Assembly: GCA_964016885.1 (NCBI GenBank)
Contig: OZ024742.1
Location: forward strand, 130,510,001-130,574,000
Direction of reading: 5' to 3'
Origin: Eledone cirrhosa
Lineage: Eukaryota
Length of the DNA stretch: 64,000 nucleotides
In this document: positions 51,903 through 64,000 of the stretch, piece after piece
How positions within the stretch are numbered: the stretch's first letter is position 1
How the letters are laid out: every line of letters starts with the position of its first letter
The notes under the pieces: model-generated
Database searches by the model: none
What the model was told of the DNA's origin: nothing
The model's input: the letters and a program-made list of their open reading frames with translations, nothing else
Made by a program: the position numbers and the translations under genes

Positions 51903-52019
51903 TTATTGACACGTGTTTCTATAACAGTTACATAACCTAAAACAGCTATCTACAAACTTTTAGTTATGCAGACATTCAATATTTCAATGTTATTATTTAC
52001 TGTCATTTCATCAGAATAA
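51903..52019 (-). ncRNA. Hammerhead ribozyme in the inverted pLTR copy
   Basis: Reverse complement of 55173-55289. Confidence 0.8.
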
Positions 52020-52061
52020 TATTACTGAGGACCTATTTAGTTTTTATAGAGAATATTATAG

Positions 52062-53726
52062 AGAATATTCGGTTTTAGGACTTGTAAAAACCCACCCACC
52101 AACCCACTATTAGATGCATTTGAGCAGGACCTTATGAACTTAATCCTTAAAATTAAATTCAAAGGACGCAACACCAACAGCAAATTACAGAAAGATATAA
52201 AAAAACTACTGGACGACCTTAAAAACACCAAAGGAATTGTAGTAAAAGCGGACAAAACATCAAACCTGTACACTATGGATTGCACTACATACAACAACTT
52301 CATTCGAAAAGAATTACATAAAAAATATAGAAAAACGAGTGAAGTAACCCTTAAGCACATCAATGATGAGGCATGCGAAATAGTGAAAAATCTCGGAATC
52401 GAAGATAGGACAGGACCACTCTTACCGGCGGTACCCACCTTCAATCTTAAGGACCACAAGGTAAACTTTGATAATGACCCTAAAATTAGATTAATCTGCC
52501 CCTCTAAATCAGATATAGGTAAATTAAGCAAATATATCTTAGATAGAATCATCCCCCAAATTAAGGCTAAGGTTAACATTAAACTCTGGGGGAAGACCCA
52601 GGAAGCAATAAGATGGTTTAATAGCATTAGCAATAAGAATAAATCTAAGTTTATCCAGTTTGATATCGATGAATATTACTCATCGATATCACCTGAAACT
52701 TTGAATAGAGCCATTAAGTTTGCTAAGGATAACTCTGACCTTACAAACGATGAAATTAAGATTATATTAGAAGCTAGGAAAACTATAGTCAAATTTGAGA
52801 ACAGTTATTGGGTACGTAAAGATAGACCCTCTAACTTTGACATAACAATGGGCTCTAACGATTCGGCGGAAATAACTGATATTGTGGGGTTATTTATCGC
52901 CTTTAGACTCCAGGAAAAAATCAGCAATCTCCACGGCGGAATATACCGCGACGATGTTCTCCTCCTAGCTAAAAACCTTAATAACCAAAAACTAGAAAAA
53001 CTACGCAAAGATATAAGAAAACTACTACTCAAAATAGGACTAACTATAACATATGAATACAACCTTAAAGTAGTTAACTTCCTGGATGTCACACTCAATT
53101 TAAACTCTGGTTTGATTAAACCGTTTCATAAATTGAATGAAAATCTCAAATACGTAAATGTTGGGTCTAACCACCCCTTCTCTATAATTAAATCTATCCC
53201 TAAAAATATTTCCCTTAGAATCTCGGGTCTATCTTCTAACATACAAGTATTTAAGGAACACGCCGAGTACTACGATAACGCCCTTAGTAAAGCAGGCTAC
53301 CTCAACAAAATAGAGTACATAGATGGGAACAATCAAAACACCCAAAATAAATCCCACATAGGTAGATATAATAACACAACACCAAACCACACTTACTACC
53401 ATAGTATGTACACCAGTAAACCAACAAACAAAACTAATAGAAAGCGATGCAAAGAGTACTTATGGTATAACCCCGAATACAATAGCTCCATTAGTACAAA
53501 TTTACCAGTACTCTTCTTTAAAATAATTAAAAGACATTTTCCCACATCACACAAATACCACAAAATCCTAAACCCTACCACTATAAGACTGTCATACTCT
53601 ACAGCGTTAAACCTTGAACAACACATAAAAAAGATCAATACTAGAAGGTTAAACGAAAACACTAAGAACTTAAGTACAAAGAACACAAAAAAAAACAGTA
53701 GACAATACACTACAGAACATAAATAA
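52062..53726 (+). CDS. Penelope-like reverse transcriptase (5'-truncated; frame is open upstream of the ATG at 52134)
   Basis: FGFRT..PP, KADKT, LKDHK, RLICP, FDIDEYYSSI, ITMGS, YRDD, FLDVTL, SNHP, WYNP, LSYS motifs. Confidence 0.93.
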   Translation, partial: RIFGFRTCKNPPTNPLLDAFEQDLMNLILKIKFKGRNTNSKLQKDIKKLLDDLKNTKGIVVKADKTSNLYTMDCTTYNNFIRKELHKKYRKTSEVTLKHINDEACEIVKNLGIEDRTGPLLPAVPTFNLKDHKVNFDNDPKIRLICPSKSDIGKLSKYILDRIIPQIKAKVNIKLWGKTQEAIRWFNSISNKNKSKFIQFDIDEYYSSISPETLNRAIKFAKDNSDLTNDEIKIILEARKTIVKFENSYWVRKDRPSNFDITMGSNDSAEITDIVGLFIAFRLQEKISNLHGGIYRDDVLLLAKNLNNQKLEKLRKDIRKLLLKIGLTITYEYNLKVVNFLDVTLNLNSGLIKPFHKLNENLKYVNVGSNHPFSIIKSIPKNISLRISGLSSNIQVFKEHAEYYDNALSKAGYLNKIEYIDGNNQNTQNKSHIGRYNNTTPNHTYYHSMYTSKPTNKTNRKRCKEYLWYNPEYNSSISTNLPVLFFKIIKRHFPTSHKYHKILNPTTIRLSYSTALNLEQHIKKINTRRLNENTKNLSTKNTKKNSRQYTTEHK

Positions 53727-54213
53727 ACCACACCTAAGTTCGTCCGCAATACTACTCCAGAGAAAACCCAACGTACACAACTGTAACTGCACCTATCCTG
53801 ACAACTGCCCCCTCGGCAATAACTGCATGGAAAAAAATATTATTTATAAGTGTACCATTAAATCCGGAGGCAACGAGTGGTATTACGTGGGATCAACGGC
53901 AACAACGTTTAAATCTCGATTGTATAGGCATTCTTACTCAATAAAACACCAGAGCCAAAGAAATGTAACAACTCTAGCAGAAAAAGCTTGGCCGCTCAGG
54001 GATAGCGATCAAAAGTTTACCCTAAAATGGGAAAAATTAGCTAAAACCCAAAGCTTTTCCAGGAGCCAAAATTTCTGCAAATTGTGTAATCTTGAGATTT
54101 ATTACATAATCACACACAAGAAGAAACTGCTGAATAACAGAATTGAACGAACATTATTCTGCCGTCACAGAACTAAAACCCTTTTTTCCCACTACAAGCC
54201 GAATATTACATAA
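53696..54213 (+). CDS. Cys-rich linker and GIY-YIG endonuclease of the Penelope-like element (+1 frame relative to RT)
   Basis: HNCNCTYPDNCPLGNNC, NIIYKC...YYVGST...FKSR..RH, CKLCNLE, LLN.R.E...CRH. Confidence 0.92.
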
Positions 54214-54530
54214 AAGAGGGACATCCCCCAACTATATAAACCTTAATCTAGTTAGAAAAATATAAAAACAATCTCTTCTCAACATATAATAATAACCTTA
54301 AATTACCATACTAATAATGAAAAGATATGCTGATGAGAATAGGTACAAATATGCGATAATGAATGTGTCTAAAAACGTCCATAAGTATGTATATATATGT
54401 GAAAATGTATATAAATAAGTAAATATATATATATATGTTTGATGTGTATAGTTAGATGTAAGTGTATTCATGTATTAAAGTGCTTATATATATATGTATA
54501 TGTATATGTGTGTATATGTATGTATGTGTA

Positions 54531-54619
<89 letters not shown>

Positions 54620-55172
54620 GTGTATATGGATGTGTATGTATGTGTATGTGTGTACACATGGACTAGAGTATGTATGTATATATGTGTGTGTCTATACGTG
54701 AGTATATAAAGATAAGTTGAGTATGAAAATGTATACACATGAGCGCGTATGTATGTACATAAATACATGTGTGTATATATGTGTATGCATGTGTATATAT
54801 ATGTAAGTATGAATATGTGAATTGTGTGTATATGTATTTTGTAGAGGTGTGCAAATATATTTGTGTGTGAATGCGTGGGTGAAAGGATACGTACACTTGA
54901 AAGAAAAATTTAAGTCTGAATGTTAATTAAGTGCAAACACAAAACCAACCACGCATCATATCTTCACTATCTCTAATCCTTCTATAGATTTAGAAAAATA
55001 ACCAATAATATATTCTATAAAAAATGTCAAAACAACAGATGGGAATCTAATTACTCGCTGCCACCAAGAATTCTCACTGCTATCGAAAAACCACTCCTTC
55101 AACTATTCTTCTAACAACTTCACCCCTCCCTCCTAATATTCTCTATAAAAACTAAATAGGTCCTCAGTAATA

Positions 55173-55289
55173 TTATTCTGATGAAATGACAGTAAATAAT
55201 AACATTGAAATATTGAATGTCTGCATAACTAAAAGTTTGTAGATAGCTGTTTTAGGTTATGTAACTGTTATAGAAACACGTGTCAATAA
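55173..55289 (+). ncRNA. Type I hammerhead ribozyme with greatly extended stem-II region
   Basis: TTATT-CTGATGA-aATGACAGT-(~70 nt)-ACTGTTATa-GAAAC-ACGT-GTC-AATAA. Confidence 0.82.
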
Positions 55290-55480
55290 ATTCCTTTCAA
55301 CTAAACTGTATCCATTCAAATCTTTCTATATATATATATAGTAAGGTGTATTATTGGTTGTGTCATACGGTCCAATAAACTTTTGTTACCAATATTAAGT
55401 TCTCCACGCTTTTGTATAACATATGGGGGACAAAAACTCTAGTGAGTGAACATATCAAGGATTTGAAGACAATTCATTTT

Positions 55481-55552
55481 CACCTGACGAGATCAGTGAT
55501 AATCGATCATGGCCACACGATCGATCTATCTCTTATTGAAACATGTGTCGTG
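55481..55552 (+). ncRNA. Hammerhead ribozyme in a second, solo pLTR-like element (~55341-55600)
   Basis: CAC-CTGACGA-(ATCGATC...GATCGAT hairpin)-GAAAC-ATGT-GTC-GTG-ATTAAA; flanked by TA runs. Confidence 0.75.
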
Positions 55553-55699
55553 ATTAAAATGATTGGAAATTTATACCATGCCTTCGGATCTTTATATATA
55601 TATGTATAAATATTTCTCCAAAGAAATACAGTTTTAGGAAGCCGTAGCTGTGCAAACACCGGGGGGGGGGGTCTAACGCCCTCTGGTGATGTCCAGTAG

Positions 55700-58600
55700 A
55701 GGTGGGGATGGTGGAGGTGGTGGTGGTGGTGGTTGTGGTGGTGGTGGTGGTGGTGGTTGTGGTGGTGGTGGTGGAGGAGATGGAGGTGATGGTGGTGGTG
55801 GTGGTGGAGGTGGTGTTGGTGGTGGAGATGGTGGAGATAGTGGTGGTGGTGGTGGTGGAGATGGTGGTGGTTGGGAGTTGGTGTTGGTGGTGGCGGTGGT
55901 GTTGGTGGTGGAGATCGTGGTGGTGGTGGAGATGGTGGTGGTGGTGGTGGAGATTGTGGTTGTGGTGGTGTTGGTGGTGGTGGTGGTGGTGATGATGGTG
56001 GTGGAGATGGTGGTGGTGGTGGAGATGGAGGTGGTGGTGGAGATGGAGGTGGTGGTGGAGATGATGTTGCTGGTGGTGGTGGTGTTGGTGCTGGTGGTGG
56101 TGGAGATAGTGGTGGTGGGGATGGTGGTGGTGGTGGTGGTGGTAGAGGTGGTGGTGGTGGTGGAGATGGTGGTGGTGGAGATGGTGGTGGTGGGGATGGT
56201 GGTGGAGATGGTAGTGGTGGTGGTGGTTGTGGTGGTGGTGGTGGTGGTGAAGGTGGAGGTTGTGGAGATGGTGGTGGTGGTGAAGGTAGTGGTGGAGATG
56301 GTGGGGTGATGGGTTGTCGTGGTGGGTGTGGTAGAGTTGGTCTTGTTGGTGGGTTGTTGTGGTGAGTTGGTGTTGGTGGAGTTGGTGTTGGTGGTGGAGG
56401 TGGTGGTGGTGGTGGATATGGTGGTGGTGGTGGTTGAGATGGTGGTGGTTGTGGTGAAGGGGTTGGTGGTGGTGATGGTGGTGGTGGAGGTCGTGGAGGG
56501 GTGGTGGTGGAAATGCTGAAAGTGATGGAGGTGGTGGTGTTTGGGGTGGAAGCAAAGGTGGATTTGGTGGTGGTAGTGGTGATGGTGGTGGTGATGGTGG
56601 TGGTGGTGGAGATGGTGTTGGTGGTGGAGATGGTGGTGGTGGTGGAGATGGTGGTTGTGGTGGTGGTGGAGGTGGTGATGCAGGTGGTGGAGGTCGTTGT
56701 GGAGGTTGTGGTGGAAGTGCTGAAAGTGATGGAGGTGGTCGTGTTTGGGGTGGAAGCAGAGGTGGAGTTGGTGGTGGTAGTGGTGGTAGTGGAGTTGGTG
56801 GTGGTAGTGTTGATGGTAGTGGTGATGGTGGTGGTAGTGGTGATGGTGGTGGTGATGGTGGTGGTAGTGGTGATGGTGGTGGTAGTGGTGATGGTGGTGG
56901 TAGAGGTGAAGGTGGTGGTAGAGGTGATGGTGATGGTAGTGGTGATGATGTTGGTAGTGGTGAAGGTGGTGGTAGTGGTGATGGTGGTGGTGATGGTGGT
57001 GGTAGTGGTGATGGTGGAGGTAGTGGTGATGGTGGTGGTAGTGGTGATGTTGGTGGTAGTGGTGATGGTGGTGGTAGTGGTGGTGGTGGTGGTGATGGTG
57101 GTGGTAGTGGTGATGGTGGAGGTAGTGGTGGTGGTGGTGGTGGTGATGGTGGTGGTAGTGGTGATGGTGGTGGTCGTGGTGATGGTGGTGGTGATGGTGG
57201 TGGTCGTGGTGATGGTGGTGGTCGTGGTGATGGTGGTGGTGATGGTGGTGGTCGTGGTGATGGTGATGGTAGTGGTGGTAGTGGAGTTGGTGGTGGTAGT
57301 GGTGATGGTGGAGGTAGTGGTGGTGGTGGTGGTATGGTGGTGGTAGTGGTGATGGTGGTGGTCGTGGTGATGGTGGTGGTGATGGTGGTGGTCGTGGTGA
57401 TGGTGGTGGTGATGGTGGTGGTCGTGGGGATGGTGATGGTAGTGGTGATGGTTGAGGTAGTGGTGGTAGTGGAGTTGGTGGTGGTAGTGGTGATGGTGGA
57501 GGTAGTGGTGATGGTAGTGGTGATGGTGGAGGTAGTGGTGATGGTAGTGGTGATGGTGGTGGTCGTGGTGATGGTGATGGTAGTGGTGATGGCGATGGTA
57601 GTGGTGATGGTGGTGGTGATGGTGGAGGTAGTGGTGATGGTGATGGTAGTGGTGATGGTGGTGGTAGTGGTGATGGTGATGGTAGTGGTGATGGTGGTGG
57701 TAGTGGTGGTGGTGGTGGTGATGGTGGTGGTAGTGGTGATGGTGGAGGTAGTGGTGATGGTGGTGGTAGTGGTGATGGTGGTGGTGATGGTGGTGGTAGT
57801 GGTGATGGTGGTGGTAGAGGTGATGGTGGTGGTGATGATGGTGGTAGTGGTGATGGTGGTGGTGATGGTGGAGGTAGTGGTGATGGTGGTGGTGAAGGTG
57901 ATGGTAGTGGTGATGGTGATGGTAGTGGTGATGGTGATGGTAGTGGTGATGATGGTGGTCGTGGTGATGGTGGTGGTCGTGGTGATGGTGGTGGTCGTGG
58001 TGATGGTGATGGTAGTGGTGATGGTGGTGGTCGTGGTGATGGTGGTAGTGATGGTGGTGGTCGTGGTGATGGTGATGGTAGTGGTGATGGCGATGGTAGT
58101 GGTGATGGTGGTGGTGATGGTGGTGGTGATGGTGGAGGTAGTGATGATGGTGGAGGTAGTGGTGATGGTGATGGTAGTGGTGATGGTGGTGGTGAAGGTG
58201 GTGGTAGTGGTGATGGTGGAGGTAGTGGTGATGGTGGTGGTGATGGTGGTGGTGGTGGAGATGGTGTTGGTGGTGGAGATGGTGGTGGTGGTGGAGATGG
58301 TGGTTGTGGTGGTGGTGGAGGTGGTGATGGAGGTGGTGGAGGTCGTTGTGGAGGTTGTGGTGGAAGTGCTGAAAGTGTTGGAGGTGGTCGTGTTTGGGGT
58401 GGAAGCAGAGGTGGAGTTGGTGGTGGTAGTGGTGGTAGTGGAGTTGGTGGTGGTAGTGTTGATGGTAGTGGTGATGGTGGTGGTAGTGGTGATGGTGGTG
58501 GTGATGGTGGTGGTAGTGGTGATGGTGGTGGTAGTGGTGATGGAGGTGGTAGAGGTGAAGGTGGTGGTAGAGGTGATGGTGATGGTAGTGGTGATGATGT

Positions 58601-61215
58601 TGGTAGTGGTGAAGGTGGTGGTAGTGGTGATAGTGGTGGTGATGGTGGTGGTAGTGGTGATGGTGGAGGTAGTGGTGATGGTGGTGGTAGTGGTGATGGT
58701 GGTGGTAGTGGTGATGGTGGTGGTAGTGGTGGTGGTGGTGGTGATGGTGGTGGTAGTGGTGATGGTGGAGGTAGTGGTGGTGGTGGTGGTGGTGATGGTG
58801 GTGGTAGTGGTGATGGTGGTGGTCGTGGTGATGGTGGTGGTGATGGTGGTGGTCGTGTTGATGGTGGTGGTCGTGGTGATGGTGGTGGTGATGGTGGTGG
58901 TCGTGGTGATGGTGATGGTAGTGGTGGTAGTGGAGTTGGTGGTGGTAGTGGTGATGGTGGAGGTAGTGGTGGTGGTGGTGGCATGGTGGTGGTAGTGGTG
59001 ATGGTGGTGGTCGTGGTGATGGTGGTGGTGATGGTGGTGGTCGTGGTGATGGTGGTGGTGATGGTGGTGGTCGTGGGGATGGTGATGGTAGTGGTGATGG
59101 TTGAGGTAGTGGTGGTAGTGGAGTTGGTGGTGGTAGTGGTGATGGTGGAGGTAGTGGTGATGGTAGTGGTGATGGTGGAGGTAGTGGTGATGGTAGTGGT
59201 GATGGTGGTGGTCGTGGTGATGGTGATGGTAGTGGTGATGGCGATGGTAGTGGTGATGGTGGTGGTGATGGTGGAGGTAGTGGTGATGGTGATGGTAGTG
59301 GTGATGGTGGTGGTAGTGGTGATGGTGATGGTAGTGGTGATGGTGGTGGTAGTGGTGGTGGTGGTGGTGATGGTGGTGGTAGTGGTGATGGTGGAGGTAG
59401 TGGTGATGGTGGTGGTAGTGGTGATGGTGGTGGTGATGGTGGTGGTGGTGGTGATGGTGGTGGTAGAGGTGATGGTGGTGGTGATGGTGGTGGTAGTGGT
59501 GATGGTGATGGTGGAGGTAGTGGTGATGGTGGTGGTGAAGGTGATGGTAGTGGTGATGGTGATGGTAGTGGTGATGGTGATGGTAGTGGTGATGATGGTG
59601 GTCGTGGTGATGGTGGTGGTCGTGGTGATGGTGGTGGTCGTGGTGATGGTGATGGTAGTGGTGATGGTGGTGGTCGTGGTGATGGTGGTGGTGATGGTGG
59701 TGGTCGTGGTGATGGTGGTGGTAGTGGTGATGTTGGTGGTAGTGGTGATGGTGGAGGTAGTGGTGATGGTGATGGTAGTGGTGATGGTGATGGTAGTGGT
59801 GATGGCGATGGTAGTGGTGAAGGTGGTGGTATTGGTGATGGTGGAGGTAGAGGTGATGGTGGTGGTCGTGGTGATGGTGGTGGTCGTGGTGATGGTGATG
59901 GTAGTGGTGATGGCGATGGTAGTGGTGATGGCGATGGTAGTGATGATGGTGGTGGTATTGGTGATGGTGATGGTAGTGGTGATGGCGATGGTAGTGGTGA
60001 TGGTGATGGTAGTGGTGATGGTGGAGGTAGTGGTGATGGTGGTGGTCGTGGTGATGGTGGTGGTCGTGGTGATGGTGATGGTATTGGTGATGGTGATGGT
60101 AGTGGTGATGGTGGTGGTAGTGGTGATGGTGGTGGTCGTGGTGATGGTGATGGTATTGGTGATGGCGATGGTAGTGGTGAAGGTGGTGGTATTGGTGATG
60201 GCGATGGTAGTGGTGATGGTAGTGGTAGTGGTGATGGCGATTGTAGTGGTGATGGTGGTGGTAGTGGTGATGGCGATTGTAGTGGTGATGGTGATGGTAG
60301 TGGTGATGGCGATGGTAGTGGTGATGGTCGTGGTAGTGGTGATGGTGATGGTAGTGGTGATGGCGATGGTAGTGGTGATGGTGATGGTAGTGGTGATGGC
60401 GATGGTAGTGGTGAAGGTGGTGGTAGTGGTGATGGTGGTGGTAGTGGTGATGGTGGTGGTCGTGGTGATGGTGGTGGTCGTGGTGATGGTGATGGTAGTG
60501 GTGATGGCGATGGTAGTGGTGATGGTGATGGTAGTGGTGATGGCGATGGTAGTGGTGAAGGTGGTGGTAGTGGTGATGGTGGTGGTAGTGGTGATGGTGG
60601 TGGTCGTGGTGATGGTGGTGGTCGTGGTGATGGTGATGGTAGTGGTGATGGCGATGGTAGTGGTGATGGTGATGGTAGTGGTGATGGTGGTGGTGATGGT
60701 GGTGGTGGAGATGGTGGTGGTGGTGGAGATGGTGGTGGTAGTGGAGTTGGTGGTGGTAGTGGAGTTGGTGCTGGTAGTGTTGATGGTAGTGGTGATAGTG
60801 ATGGTAGTGGTGATAGTGGTGGTAGTGGTGATGGTGTTGGTAGTGGTGAAGGTGGTGGTATTGGTGATGGTGGTGGTAGTGGTGATGGTAGTGATGATGA
60901 TGATGTTGATGATAGTGGTGGTCGTGGTAGTAGTGGTGATGATGATGGTGGTAGTGCTGATGATGATGATGGTGGTGGTAGTAGTGGTGATGGTAGTGGT
61001 GGTAGTAGTGGTGATGGTAGTGATGATGGTAGTGGTGGTAGTGGTGATGGTGATGGTGGTAGTAGTGGTGATGGTAGTGGTGGTAGTAGTGGTGATGGTA
61101 GTGATGATGGTAGTGGTGGTAGTGGTGATGGTGATGGTGGTAGTAATGGTGATGGTAGTGGTGGTAGTAGTGGTGATGGTAGTGGTGGTAGTAGTGGTGG
61201 TGATGATGATGATGG
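55700..61215. repeat. (GTG/ATG/GTA)n tract with a ~1.65-kb internal tandem duplication
   Basis: Markers GGAAGTGCTGAAAGTG at ~56713 and ~58362; phase-shift points at ~57334 and ~58983. Confidence 0.93.
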
Positions 61216-61324
61216 CTACGATATTAGTAGAAGACGAATTAGATTTGATCATCGCCATCATCATCATCATCATCCACATCAGGATACTCGTGATTTTCTC
61301 GCCCTCTTCTTAATCTCTCACCTT

Positions 61325-64000
<2,676 letters not shown>

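Larger units (their letters stand above)
51864..55330 (+). mobile_element. Penelope-like retroelement, 5'-truncated, with inverted 5' pLTR copy (51864-52058) and 3' pLTR (~55135-55330)
   Basis: RT and GIY-YIG ORFs; the ~195-bp terminal sequences appear identical in inverted orientation; HHR in the pLTR; TA flank. Confidence 0.95.

Noticed and set aside
52134-54400. Selenocysteine recoding or SECIS in the PLE
   Set aside because: No in-frame TGA; the ORF break is a frameshift followed by TAA; no convincing SECIS by eye
55673-61313. 1868-aa Thr/Pro/His-rich ORF and the opposite-strand Val/Met ORFs as mucin or extensin genes
   Set aside because: Stop-free frames are expected from (GTG/ATG)n; composition switches at phase slips; no domains or splice evidence

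Overview
Repeat-saturated eukaryotic intergenic or intronic DNA. The microsatellite density and repeat repertoire suggest an octopus or other cephalopod genome (inference). No host protein-coding gene can be supported: nearly all long ORFs in the track are translations of simple repeats. Real content: a 5'-truncated, nearly intact Penelope-like element (RT + GIY-YIG, ~51.9-55.3 kb); several solo or inverted Penelope pseudo-LTRs; about ten complete, degenerate or half hammerhead ribozyme (HHR) motifs; an RLE-type (R4/Dong-like) retrotransposon 3' end inside (TACA)n; Tx1/L1-like LINE copies stacked in (TATC)n; a bipartite RTE element; many tRNA-derived SINEs; mariner and hAT relics and MITEs; and a 5.8-kb, 82/83-bp satellite amplified from an RTE-like ORF end. 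The most interesting signals are (1) long palindromes whose symmetry axis is exactly the stem-II loop of an HHR, suggesting hairpin self-priming during Penelope integration, (2) apparent partitioning of microsatellite types among retroelement families, and (3) a satellite with a traceable LINE origin. Coordinates were read by eye and are approximate at degenerate ends.
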